A stretch of 64,000 nucleotides of DNA from Myxococcota bacterium (lineage in GTDB: Bacteria > Myxococcota > UBA4151), in NCBI GenBank assembly GCA_040260805.1, contig JBDQPD010000003.1, forward strand, positions 1 through 64,000. The letters are read 5' to 3'. Positions 49,770 through 59,411 of this stretch are shown in pieces. Position numbers and translations under genes: made by a program. The notes beneath the pieces were generated by a model, which did no database searches, was not told where the DNA came from, and saw only the letters and a program-made list of their open reading frames with translations. The stretch's first letter is position 1; each line of letters starts with the position of its first letter.

Positions 49770-50968
49770 TCGCTCGAGGTGAGCTGAAGCCCGAAAGCGG
49801 CTAGCGCTTCTTTGGTAGCGCCTGCCCTTGGGTCGACAAAAATAGTGCGCTCTTTGCGTACCAACGCTTTGCCGAGTTGCCCCGGAACCGCATCCAGATC
49901 CGCACGAAACGCAAAGCGAACCTCTGCTCGCTCGCCGCGCAAGCTCGAGTAATGCAGAGCGAGCGCTGCGCCCGCCAAGATCAGGTCCTCACTCGCTGCC
50001 TCCCCGCGCTCAAGCGGCAACACAACATGACTTCCTGGGCCATCTCTCAGGTGGAACCAGAGGTCTCGACCTCTCGCTAATCGAAAGGTTACGGCTTGGT
50101 TTCCTAACGCCGTTCGTCCCAACAAAAAGATGTGCCCATCGCTCAGACCAAAACGCCGAACCCCCTTCGGCAGGGCGTAGTGTCGACTCGATCGCTTTGG
50201 CTCTCGCTGGGGAGGTGGCGACGCCTCGTCGAGTTGGTCAAGCTCTGTAGAGAGCGCAGCGAGACGCAGCTTCGTTGACTCAATGCGACGATGCGCTCGC
50301 TGAGCTCGATGAAACAAACGATCGACTAGCTCCGACACGGTCTGCGCCTGACCATCTATAATTTGGGTCGCTTCGGAGCCATCATACTGGGGAACCTCCC
50401 AACACGACTCATTACGTGAGACCGCGCGGCGAAGCGCATTGGCGCGCTCGCCAAGCTGCCTAAGCTCTGCGGGGTCATCACCGCTCATCGCCTGCGTTAA
50501 CTTAACCTGTTGGCGCTCAATCCGGCGCCGCTCTTTAGCTCGCCAGTCAGCGATCAAATGATCAGCTCGGCGCTGCTCAAGCTCATCCCATTCAATGGTC
50601 TCAAGAGCGCTCAAATCAGTTTGCAAAGGCCCGGCGAGGCGCGCCTCATCAGACCACCAAACGCCGCGCGCTTTGCGACGAGAACTCACGCTCAGAATAC
50701 GCCCATCCGAAAAGCTGATCTCCCAAAGCCCTGGAGCCACCCGAAAACCGATGAGCGTCGATGGCATGCTCTTTCTGAGCATCGCCTGAGAGGGGTGGGG
50801 GGAGGCGCCTGGCATCGGCGCTTGAGTCGCCAAATAGGCGCCGCTGAGCGGCGGCTCGAGCACGAAAATCAGATGAGCCTTTAGGCCCTCGTGCTTGAGG
50901 CAAAGGTGGAGAACTCCCTCTTGGGGGCGCCGCAGCTTTTCGAGTTTAGCGAGCAGCGTTTGTGCCAA
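49766..50968 (-). CDS. NFACT/RqcH-like protein (NFACT-R domain; shortened N-terminal part)
   Basis: C-terminal I.LGR...N...T...AR..DLWFH....PGSHVV, A.LA..YS, V....PG (NFACT-R); coiled coil; N-terminal P...MLRK. Confidence 0.8.
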   Translation of the reverse strand: MAQTLLAKLEKLRRPQEGVLHLCLKHEGLKAHLIFVLEPPLSGAYLATQAPMPGASPHPSQAMLRKSMPSTLIGFRVAPGLWEISFSDGRILSVSSRRKARGVWWSDEARLAGPLQTDLSALETIEWDELEQRRADHLIADWRAKERRRIERQQVKLTQAMSGDDPAELRQLGERANALRRAVSRNESCWEVPQYDGSEATQIIDGQAQTVSELVDRLFHRAQRAHRRIESTKLRLAALSTELDQLDEASPPPQREPKRSSRHYALPKGVRRFGLSDGHIFLLGRTALGNQAVTFRLARGRDLWFHLRDGPGSHVVLPLERGEAASEDLILAGAALALHYSSLRGERAEVRFAFRADLDAVPGQLGKALVRKERTIFVDPRAGATKEALAAFGLQLTSSD

Positions 50969-51707
50969 TCGGAACGGTCACCTCAAAAGCGATATGGCGA
51001 ATCGTTCCCTGAGTTGACCAGCTCATACCCAACCATCCGCCGCGGTCATGCCAGCGCAACCCCACACCGTAATGCTCGGTCGCATAATCACTCGAAACGG
51101 ATCCGCTAGCTTGGACCTCTGCGCTGCCGAGACGGTACCCTGCTGCGACCAAATTACTGCCGTCGAGCCGATGGTCCCAAACCAGACGCAGGCTGTCGAT
51201 CGGGTTAAGCGCTAAGCTTCCACGCCATCGCTCTGCAGCGACCAAACCTGAGTCGTAATCGAGCGCAACGACTAAGCCCGGTCGCGTCCCGGTCGATGTA
51301 GCGCGCTGCCAGCCCGCATAACTCAAGCCGTATCGAAGCGTATCCGACCACTTGATCTCGGGGTCATAAGCGCCCGCTACCCCCAGCCCAAAACCACCCC
51401 CTAGTCGAAGACCTAAAGCCAGCGACCCCCCGAGCAAATGTTGTTCACCGCCCTCGTATCGGTAACGCGCGCCAACGCTCGCGCCCAAGGCTCCTCGACC
51501 AGGATCTAATGCGGTCGTTTCAACGTCTAAGTCCGGAGAGGGCCAGCGCCGATTAAGACTGGTCACCAAAAGATAGCGCGGCGCCCAGATCACAGCCCCT
51601 GGATGAGCGTGCGAGCTTGGGAACTGGGCACCCATTAAACTGCCGCCCCCGGCGAAGGGGAAACCAGAAGCCGTTGCCGCGGCGAGCAAGAGTCCATAAA
51701 GGGGCAC
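50946..51707 (-). CDS. Exported, Gly/aromatic-rich protein, possibly an outer-membrane beta-barrel
   Basis: Short signal-like N-terminus and alternating beta-strand patterns (LGASVGARY, FGLGVAGAY, YGLSYAG, YGVGLRW). Confidence 0.55.
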   Translation of the reverse strand: MPLYGLLLAAATASGFPFAGGGSLMGAQFPSSHAHPGAVIWAPRYLLVTSLNRRWPSPDLDVETTALDPGRGALGASVGARYRYEGGEQHLLGGSLALGLRLGGGFGLGVAGAYDPEIKWSDTLRYGLSYAGWQRATSTGTRPGLVVALDYDSGLVAAERWRGSLALNPIDSLRLVWDHRLDGSNLVAAGYRLGSAEVQASGSVSSDYATEHYGVGLRWHDRGGWLGMSWSTQGTIRHIAFEVTVPIGTNAAR

Positions 51708-51757
51708 GTGTCATCTCCACTCTTGCCATCACCAGCGAAACACGAGGCGTCAAGTCC

Positions 51758-52618
51758 ATGACTGTTACTACTGCAATCATTCCGGCGGCTGGATGGGGCA
51801 CTCGAATGCTCCCAGCGTCATTCTCTGTCCCTAAAGAGCTTCTGCCTGTTTTCGATCGTCCGAGCATCGAATGGGTGGTCGGAGAAGCTATCGCCGCAGG
51901 AATTCAGCGCATCGTTTTGGTGAGCGGTCGCGGTAAATCAGGCTTGATGGATCACTTCGATCGTCACCCATATTTGGAGTCGATCCTCAGCGGCGGCGGG
52001 AAAGATGTTCCAGCCCAAGCGATCGTTGCACGCGCTCGCTCTGCTGAGTTCATCGAGGTCAGACAGGGCGACGCTCGCGGCCTAGGCCACGCCGTTTTGT
52101 GCGGCGAACCCGGAAGCCGAGGCGATCGAGTTGCGGTGCTGCTTCCTGATGATCTCTACCTCGGAACCCCACCTGCGCTTGGTGATCTCATCGCTTTGAG
52201 CGACCAATTCCCTGAGCAAGGGGTGATCGGCCTGCTCAAGGTCCCTGAAGAACAGAGCCGTAAATATGGCATGGTCGGTGGATCGTGGAAGGGTGAGTTC
52301 ATGACCATCGATCGCTTGGTTGAAAAACCCGAGCCGGCGGACGCTCCAAGCGCCTACGCGATTACCGGTCGCTATGTTTTACCCACCAAAGTCTTTGATC
52401 TCTTGCGCCATCAAGGCAGCGGCGCGCTCGGTGAGATCCAGCTGACCGACGCGCTCCAAAGCTTAGCCGATGGCGACGGTATGCTCGGCGTCGTTCCCCA
52501 GTCGAGACGATTTGATGCCGGCGACCCCGAAGGCCTTTTGGTCGCTGGTCTTCGCTGCGCGTTAGACCACGGCAATGCATCCATGCGCCAACGCGTGCTT
52601 GATGAACTGGAGCGATGA
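51758..52618 (+). CDS. galU: UTP-glucose-1-phosphate uridylyltransferase
   Basis: AIIPAAG.GTRMLPA...PKELLP, Q....GLGHAV, VLLPDD, LVEKP, GRY, GEIQLTDA. Confidence 0.93.
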   Translation: MTVTTAIIPAAGWGTRMLPASFSVPKELLPVFDRPSIEWVVGEAIAAGIQRIVLVSGRGKSGLMDHFDRHPYLESILSGGGKDVPAQAIVARARSAEFIEVRQGDARGLGHAVLCGEPGSRGDRVAVLLPDDLYLGTPPALGDLIALSDQFPEQGVIGLLKVPEEQSRKYGMVGGSWKGEFMTIDRLVEKPEPADAPSAYAITGRYVLPTKVFDLLRHQGSGALGEIQLTDALQSLADGDGMLGVVPQSRRFDAGDPEGLLVAGLRCALDHGNASMRQRVLDELER

Positions 52619-54966
52619 GCTCGGCTGATCACTCGAAAAGTACGTCAGCGCTCTGCGCTGAAGTTGCCGTTCAGCGTCCGGTTGGGCGCTTGCTGGATTA
52701 TGCGCTCCCAGAAGGCGTCCAAGCGCAAATCGGCTGTCGCGTGTTGGTCCCCTTAGGAAACAGCCGAGCGACCGGCATGATCTTAGCGATTAAAACGCCC
52801 TCCAAAGACCAAAAACTCAAACCGATACTCGATCTTCTCGACCAAACCCCTGTGCTCGATTCCGGCCTGGTTAAGACGCTTCGTTTTGCCATCGGTTGGT
52901 ACCGAAGTGAGCCCGCAGACGCGCTCCGTAGTGCGCTTCCCGCAGGCTTGAGTATCGGCATGGTTAAGACCTTGCTTCGCCGGCCCGACGAGCCCTTACC
53001 GCTCGAATTTTTTCACCTCGAACCCGAATTTGAAGACAAGGGTCAGATCGAGGCTAAATCACTCGATGACCAAAGCCTGGTTCGGTTGCTCAAAAGCGGC
53101 GCAGTTGAGACTCAAACTAAAGCCTCAAAAAGCAAACCAGAGCCCCGTATCGAGTGGCTAAGAGCGCGAACACACCCCGATGAGTTTCCCGCTCGAGCCA
53201 AGGCCCAACATGCTCTGCTTGAGACCCTGTATAAACTCGGTGATTGGCAACCGATCTCAGCCCTTGAGCGGCGCCCAGGCACGCGGCGTTTACTGCGCGC
53301 TTTAGAAGCAAAAAACGCCATCGAAATCGAATGGAGGTCGTGGGTTGATCAAAGCCTAACGACACGAGATCAGCCCCTCAAACTCAACGACCAACAACGC
53401 GCCACCGTTGACGCTATCTCGAGCGCTAAAGGCTTTAGCCAACACCTAATTTTCGGCATCACCGGTTCGGGTAAAACCGAAGTCTACATGCAGGCGATAA
53501 GGGCCGTTTTAGACCAAGGAAAACAGGCACTGGTTTTGGTCCCTGAGATTGCGCTAACACCGCAGATGGTTCGTCGGTTTGCGGCTCGTTTTGGTGACCA
53601 GATTGCGGTGCTTCATTCGGCGATGAGCGACGGCGCTAGGCGAAGCGCTTGGTATCGCGCACAGCGGGGTGAGGCGGCGGTCGTGATCGGCGCTCGCTCG
53701 GCTGTTTTTGCCTCCATGCCCAGGTTGGGATTGGTGGTCGTCGATGAAGAGCATGACAGCAGCTACAAGCAAAGTGACCGCTTTCGTTATCACGGTCGCG
53801 ACCTGGTGATCTATCGAGCAAAGCAAGAAGGCATCCCCGTTGTCTTGGGCTCCGCAACGCCGAGCCTTGAGACCTATCATCGCGCGCAGACCGGTCAGCA
53901 TACCACCCATTTGCATCGACTTGACCAGCGCGCCACCGGCGCCACATTGCCGGCAATTCAAGTCGTCGATTTACGCCATAAATCTGAATATCCTTTGTCT
54001 AAAGCGCTGTGCCAGGCGATCGATGAAACGCTCGCTCGCGGCGAACAAATTATGCTGCTGCTCAACCGTCGAGGGTGGGCGCCTACGGTCATGTGTTTGG
54101 ACTGTGGTCATCGACATCAGTGCTCCGACTGCTCGGTCCCTATGGTCGTTCATCGCAATCGACGCTCGATCTGCCACTGGTGCGGACTCATGCAACCTGC
54201 ACCCACCCGATGTCCGGACTGCAACTCTTCTGCGCTGAGCGATACCGGGGTGGGGACGCAACAGCTCGAGACCGCATGCCGTGAGCGCTTCCCAAAGGCT
54301 CGAGTTGCCCGTTTAGACAGTGACACGGCGCGCTCAACTCAACGACTCGAAAAGATTTTAGGCGCCATGGCCGACGGAGAGATCGATCTGCTCGTCGGCA
54401 CACAGATGCTGGCGAAAGGTCATGATTTGCCCGGCGTTACTTTGGTCGGAGTGATCTGCGCCGATCAAGGCTTAAGAATCCCCGACCCGCGTTGCTCGGA
54501 GCGCTCCTTTGCGCTTTTGACTCAGGTCGCCGGGCGAGCGGGGCGAGCGGAGCGTCCGGGGCGCGTGCTGTTTCAAACCTTTGATCCGGATCATCGTGCG
54601 ATCCAAGCGGCGGTCAACTACGATGCGCCAGGATTTTTAGCCGATGAGCTCCAACAGCGTGAGGCGCTAGGGCTCCCGCCGTTTCGGCGAGCCGTGATGA
54701 TTCGCTGCGAGCACGAAGACGCCCAAAGCGCGCAACGTCTAAGCGCTGAGTTGGCATCGTATCGGCTAAGTGGTGTCGAAATTTTCGGTCCTATTCCGGC
54801 GGCGATCGAGCGCTTGCGCGGTCGTTATCGTTTTCAGGTGATGGCGACGAGCAAAACGGCAAGGTCTTTGCAAGCTTGGTTGGATGGAATTACAGCCTCA
54901 TGCGCAAACGGACGTCGAGCCGGAGTCCGCATTGCGATTGATGTTGATCCAGCGGAGTTAATTTAG
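52615..54966 (+). CDS. priA: Primosomal protein N' (PriA)
   Basis: GITGSGKTEVY, LVPEIALTPQ, DEEHD.SYKQ, SATPS, four CxxC pairs, GTQMLAKGHD, QVAGRAGR, DVDP. Confidence 0.97.
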   Translation: MSSADHSKSTSALCAEVAVQRPVGRLLDYALPEGVQAQIGCRVLVPLGNSRATGMILAIKTPSKDQKLKPILDLLDQTPVLDSGLVKTLRFAIGWYRSEPADALRSALPAGLSIGMVKTLLRRPDEPLPLEFFHLEPEFEDKGQIEAKSLDDQSLVRLLKSGAVETQTKASKSKPEPRIEWLRARTHPDEFPARAKAQHALLETLYKLGDWQPISALERRPGTRRLLRALEAKNAIEIEWRSWVDQSLTTRDQPLKLNDQQRATVDAISSAKGFSQHLIFGITGSGKTEVYMQAIRAVLDQGKQALVLVPEIALTPQMVRRFAARFGDQIAVLHSAMSDGARRSAWYRAQRGEAAVVIGARSAVFASMPRLGLVVVDEEHDSSYKQSDRFRYHGRDLVIYRAKQEGIPVVLGSATPSLETYHRAQTGQHTTHLHRLDQRATGATLPAIQVVDLRHKSEYPLSKALCQAIDETLARGEQIMLLLNRRGWAPTVMCLDCGHRHQCSDCSVPMVVHRNRRSICHWCGLMQPAPTRCPDCNSSALSDTGVGTQQLETACRERFPKARVARLDSDTARSTQRLEKILGAMADGEIDLLVGTQMLAKGHDLPGVTLVGVICADQGLRIPDPRCSERSFALLTQVAGRAGRAERPGRVLFQTFDPDHRAIQAAVNYDAPGFLADELQQREALGLPPFRRAVMIRCEHEDAQSAQRLSAELASYRLSGVEIFGPIPAAIERLRGRYRFQVMATSKTARSLQAWLDGITASCANGRRAGVRIAIDVDPAELI

Positions 54967-57300
54967 ATGAGTCAACTGCTGTGGATCATTGATCCCGACC
55001 CAACCAGCGCTCAATCCATGCGCAGCGCGGTGGATCTGCTCGGGCCGGCTGTTGAAACATTTGATCATGTCCCAAGCGACGGCGAACTCGCTCAAGCGGT
55101 GCTGATCGCTGGGGCTGCTGGGGCTGAACATCTGGACCGATGGATCGGCGAGCTTAGACGCAGGGGCGGTAATGATCTGTTACCGGTCACCATCGTTGGC
55201 GGCTTGAGCAGCAGCGCCGAAGCGCTGGCGCTTGGCGCCGATCATTATCTTCCTTCTCCCCTAATTCTTGCTGAGCTCTGGGATCACTTACGTCGCTTTC
55301 TTAACCTCACATCGCCTGATGATGGCGAACGTGAGTTAATCCAAAGCCGCGGGTTTATCACACCAGAGATCACTCGCTCAGAGCCTCCAGCGCAGATCAG
55401 TGAGGACTTCGATTCACGCGCAACCGAAGACCCCATCAGCGGCGCGCCGTTCGATGATCAAAGTTCGACAATAGGCGATGCGTTCTTGGAGCCTATTGAT
55501 CCACGAGCCGACGAACCCGATGACGTGTTTGAGGCGGCCACTCGAGCTCCACAGATCGATGAGCTCGGGCAGATCAACGAAGAAGAAGAAACACCAAGCG
55601 ACGTCGACTCTGCGCCTGCCGAAGAAGCCAACATTGAGCCTCAAAGCTCAGCTGCGCAATCCGGCGGCCTCGACGCCCAAGAAGCCTCGAGTGAGTCAGA
55701 GCTCATGAGCATCGAGAGCCTACAGGCTGATGAGGCTAATCATCAGGACCTCGCTGATGAATCCGCTGACGAGCCGATGGTGGCGACCCAGGAGCCGATT
55801 CAAGCAGCGGCTAGGGCTGAAGACAGCGAGCCCGTTGAAGCGCTCAGCGCCGAGGACGGTCCAGCCGATCAGGCAGAGGACTTATTCGGACTAAAACAAC
55901 CAGAAGAAGTAGATATCTTGTCCGCAAAATCCGGAAAAGAAACCTTTGAGGCTTTAGACTGGACCGAAGAGCGACCTCAAAATAATCATGATCTCGAGGC
56001 TGATGCAGCCTGGGGTCTGGATGAGGCGGTCGAATCGAACGAGCCCGCAACCGCAGGATGGGACGAAGAGGAAGACAGCGCTTGGGGTAATGAAGCTCAA
56101 AGCGATGGCGACTGGAACACCAACGAAGAAGGGTGGGCTGATCAGGCATCGAGCGATGAAGGCTGGGGTGAATCCTCAGATACTTCGAGCGCCTGGGGAG
56201 ATGACGGTCCTCAGGATGAGGGGTGGGGCGGAGCAGCCGAAGCGCCCAAGCGCTCATCATCGCTTACTCAAATTGGCGAGCAGTTGATGCCAGCTACTCC
56301 CAAGCCGCGGGCGCCGGTCAGTTCACTTGGGCAGCTCGGCTCGACCGGGTTACTGGGTGTACTGGCTCGATGCGGCAAGGAGCGCGTCAGCGGTCGAATT
56401 ACGTGGCGAAGTGAGCACGAATCGATCGTGCTCCATCTCGAGGAAGGGCGACTCAAGGCGATGCACAGCGGCAGCTTTGATCACGACCTGCTTCAGGCGG
56501 CGTTCGCCCAAAGCTGGATTGATCAAAAGGAGCTCGCAGGCGTTCGCCACCTGATGCAAAGACGGCACGCTAGCGCAGCGTCAGTGCTGTCGCGTGAAGG
56601 GGTTCGAGCCTCTGGAGAGATTCAGAAACTCGCGCAAGATACAGCCGAGCGTATCTTGCTTCGTTGTACCAACGCACCAGGTGGGCATGCCGAGTTTCAT
56701 CCAGAGATGGGGCTGGAGCATGCTGTTGCTGTAAGCCAAGTCGATATGATCTCGCGCTTGATCACACTGTGTGAGAGCTTGGTTCAAGCGAGCATCTGGA
56801 TCGCCTTAGTGGGCGGAGACGATGCGGTTCCGGCCCTCATGATGACCCCATTACCAGATGGCTTACCCGGGCGAGATGCGCTGCATAGCTCCGACGGCAG
56901 GCGCAGCCTGCTTGAGCTCGCGACGGCAAGCGGGGTCTCGATTCACGATGTGCGCTCCGGCTGCCTAGCAGCGCTGGCTATCGGTCACGTTGAGCTGATC
57001 AAGGTCGGAGTTTCAGCGATCCAGAAGAGTCACCGCCCCGACCAAACGTTCGAGCGCGCTTTGCGGCAAATTCGCTCGGGCGATTACTTTACCGTCCTTG
57101 GTCTAGCCGAAGCGCACAGCGCCACAGAGGTTCACCGCGCCTTTGCGGCTCGGGTGAGCTTACTGCGCTTGCATCTGCACACCAACCACCCTCGCTTCGC
57201 TGAGGCTTACCAAGAACTCGAAGAAGCCCGTGAGGTTCTGCTTGACCCGGATTTACGGGCTCAATACCGAAGCGCTAACCCCAAACTGGTGGAGCGCTAA
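54967..57300 (+). CDS. Pseudo-REC, acidic linker with WG repeats, DUF4388-like, J-like domain protein
   Basis: N-terminal WIIDPD...ALALGADHYLPSP (REC-like), ~300-aa D/E-rich linker, SG.I.......LHLEEGR (DUF4388-like), C-terminal DYFTVLGL...EEAREVL.DP..R..Y (J-like, no HPD). Confidence 0.75.
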   Translation: MSQLLWIIDPDPTSAQSMRSAVDLLGPAVETFDHVPSDGELAQAVLIAGAAGAEHLDRWIGELRRRGGNDLLPVTIVGGLSSSAEALALGADHYLPSPLILAELWDHLRRFLNLTSPDDGERELIQSRGFITPEITRSEPPAQISEDFDSRATEDPISGAPFDDQSSTIGDAFLEPIDPRADEPDDVFEAATRAPQIDELGQINEEEETPSDVDSAPAEEANIEPQSSAAQSGGLDAQEASSESELMSIESLQADEANHQDLADESADEPMVATQEPIQAAARAEDSEPVEALSAEDGPADQAEDLFGLKQPEEVDILSAKSGKETFEALDWTEERPQNNHDLEADAAWGLDEAVESNEPATAGWDEEEDSAWGNEAQSDGDWNTNEEGWADQASSDEGWGESSDTSSAWGDDGPQDEGWGGAAEAPKRSSSLTQIGEQLMPATPKPRAPVSSLGQLGSTGLLGVLARCGKERVSGRITWRSEHESIVLHLEEGRLKAMHSGSFDHDLLQAAFAQSWIDQKELAGVRHLMQRRHASAASVLSREGVRASGEIQKLAQDTAERILLRCTNAPGGHAEFHPEMGLEHAVAVSQVDMISRLITLCESLVQASIWIALVGGDDAVPALMMTPLPDGLPGRDALHSSDGRRSLLELATASGVSIHDVRSGCLAALAIGHVELIKVGVSAIQKSHRPDQTFERALRQIRSGDYFTVLGLAEAHSATEVHRAFAARVSLLRLHLHTNHPRFAEAYQELEEAREVLLDPDLRAQYRSANPKLVER

Positions 57301-57836
57301 TGGCCCTGCGAACAATCCTGATCTGGCCTGAGCCGATCTTAGCCACCAAAGCCGAACCCATTGAGCAGATCGATGAGGACATCAAACAGCTAGCGCTCGA
57401 TATGCTTGAGACCATGGTCGCCGCACGCGGGATCGGTCTCGCCGCAAACCAAGTCGGCATTACCAAGCGTATGATCGTCGTCGATCTCAACCCTTTACCC
57501 GGTGAAGAAGAGCCCGGAGAGAATCGAAATCCAGCGCTGGGACCCCATGTCATGATCAACCCCGAGATCATCGAGCGAGAGGGCGAATTAATCTGGGAAG
57601 AGGGTTGCTTGAGCGTTCCGGGTGAAGTCGGTGAAGTCGAGCGCGCAGAACAGATCGAGGTCGTCTACCATAACCTGCGCGGTGAAACCGTGCAGGTCCG
57701 CGCTGGGGACCTCATGGCGGTCTGCATCCAACATGAAATCGATCACCTCAACGGTGTGGTCTTTCCTGAGCGAATGCACGACCGAGGTAGGGCGCGACAG
57801 ATTCGTTTAGCCATGAAAACGATCAAGAGCGCTTAG
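57300..57836 (+). CDS. def: Peptide deformylase
   Basis: GIGLAANQVG, EGCLSVP, QHEIDHLNG. Confidence 0.97.
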   Translation: MALRTILIWPEPILATKAEPIEQIDEDIKQLALDMLETMVAARGIGLAANQVGITKRMIVVDLNPLPGEEEPGENRNPALGPHVMINPEIIEREGELIWEEGCLSVPGEVGEVERAEQIEVVYHNLRGETVQVRAGDLMAVCIQHEIDHLNGVVFPERMHDRGRARQIRLAMKTIKSA

Positions 57837-58790
57837 TTGAGCAATCCAAGACTACTCTTTTTAGGGACCGCGCCGATCGCTGTTCCTGCGCTTCAGGCTT
57901 GTTTAGAGCTTGAGCATATGGACCTAGTCGGTGTGGTATCGCAGCCCCCCTCAAGGCGGGGGAGGGGGCGTAAAGTCTCGCCAAGCGCTGTCCATCAAGC
58001 CGCTCAAACTATGGACCTTGAGGTCGCTATTCCTGATCGCTTTGCCGGCGATCAAGGTGATGAAATTTTAGCGCGCTATCAGCCTGACCTTTGCCTGGTG
58101 ATGGCCTACGGACAAATCATCAAAGCGCCACACCTGAGCGCCTGCCCCGATCGCTGGTTCAACCTGCACGGCTCTTTGCTGCCGCGCTGGCGCGGCGCGG
58201 CGCCCATTGAGCGATGCCTCGAAGCGGGGGATCAAACGACCGGCGTTCAACTCATGCGAATGGAGGTCGGTCTTGATACTGGGCCGGTCTTCGCCGAGCG
58301 AAAGATCGCAACGACCGGACACAATGCGGGGAGCCTTGCGGATGCGCTCGCCCTCGAAGCTGCCCAGCTAACCTCGGAATCGCTGCGCGCTGCATTTTCA
58401 GGTGAGCTCGAGCCACAACATCAAAATGAGCATGACGCCTGTTATGCCCATCGAATTCAACGCAGCGAAGGTCATATCAACTTTCTCGGAAAAGCAGTGT
58501 CTTGGGAGCAAAAAAGCAGAGCATTCGACCCTCGCTTAGGGCTGCGTTGCTCCTTAGTCCAGCGTGATAAAGTCATCGGTCTTAAGATCTGGTCTGCTTC
58601 TGTTGTTCATGGCTTAGATGCTGAAAAACCAGGGAAAATAATCCGTTGCGACCGTAGTGGGCTGTGGGTTTCTTGTGAAGACGGTGTCTTAGCGGTTCAC
58701 AGCCTCCAGCTCGATGGAAAAAAGCGTCTGAACTGGTCTGAGGTTCGAAGCGGCCTATCGCTCACCTTGGACGATCATTTCGTCGTGTAA
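57837..58790 (+). CDS. fmt: Methionyl-tRNA formyltransferase
   Basis: SQP....GRG, AYGQI, NLHGSLLPRWRGAAPI, M..GLDTGP. Follows def. Confidence 0.96.
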   Translation: MSNPRLLFLGTAPIAVPALQACLELEHMDLVGVVSQPPSRRGRGRKVSPSAVHQAAQTMDLEVAIPDRFAGDQGDEILARYQPDLCLVMAYGQIIKAPHLSACPDRWFNLHGSLLPRWRGAAPIERCLEAGDQTTGVQLMRMEVGLDTGPVFAERKIATTGHNAGSLADALALEAAQLTSESLRAAFSGELEPQHQNEHDACYAHRIQRSEGHINFLGKAVSWEQKSRAFDPRLGLRCSLVQRDKVIGLKIWSASVVHGLDAEKPGKIIRCDRSGLWVSCEDGVLAVHSLQLDGKKRLNWSEVRSGLSLTLDDHFVV

Positions 58791-58840
58791 AAAACCGACA
58801 TGAGCACCGCGATGTTTGTTGACACAGAGGATTCAAAGTG

Positions 58841-59134
58841 ATGGAGCATCGCCCGAACGTTCGATACCGGACTCAGGAGCTTATCTTGCATTCGATTGTG
58901 GAGATTCATCCGCACCGCGCCGAAGGTCGCGGTTACCTCGTCCCCGCAAGCCTCCACGCCTTTCACGGAAAAGTGGACCGTCACATCCATCCGGGTGGAG
59001 ACAGCTATATTATCTTCCCGACGCTACTGGACGCAGAGCGCGCGATTCGAGAGGCCGGCTTTGAGCCGAGCCTTCAGCAAGGCGCTCGAAGCTTTCCGGA
59101 TCGTCGGGTGGTATTACCTAAGCGCGACGAGTAG
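58841..59134 (+). CDS. Small His-rich hypothetical protein
   Basis: AGAGG RBS upstream, codirectional with fmt, fills the gap. No recognised family. Confidence 0.55.
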   Translation: MEHRPNVRYRTQELILHSIVEIHPHRAEGRGYLVPASLHAFHGKVDRHIHPGGDSYIIFPTLLDAERAIREAGFEPSLQQGARSFPDRRVVLPKRDE

Positions 59135-59140
59135 CCTAAA

Positions 59141-59356
59141 CTATCCTCGTTGATAGTAACTTAGTCCTTCAGATTGATCGACATAAGCCAGCGTCCATCG
59201 ACGCCCGCTCAGGCGCTCTTTGATTCGTCCAGGCAGGGGCGAGCTCAAACGAACGATCCCAGCTCGCCTCTCGGCGACGCCTACCAAGACCAAGCGGTTC
59301 TGGTCTTTGGTCAAACAACGATAAACGTTACCTTGTGCGCTGATGATCTGGCTCAT
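59141..59356 (-). CDS. Small hypothetical protein
   Basis: ORF downstream of the ABC operon, convergent with 58841-59134. Start uncertain (59356 or 59401). Confidence 0.4.
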   Translation of the reverse strand: MSQIISAQGNVYRCLTKDQNRLVLVGVAERRAGIVRLSSPLPGRIKERLSGRRWTLAYVDQSEGLSYYQRG

Positions 59357-59411
59357 GGGTTGTGACCTCGCGAGTTCGCCTCGCACCCCATGAAACGTCA
59401 CAGCGACGAAC

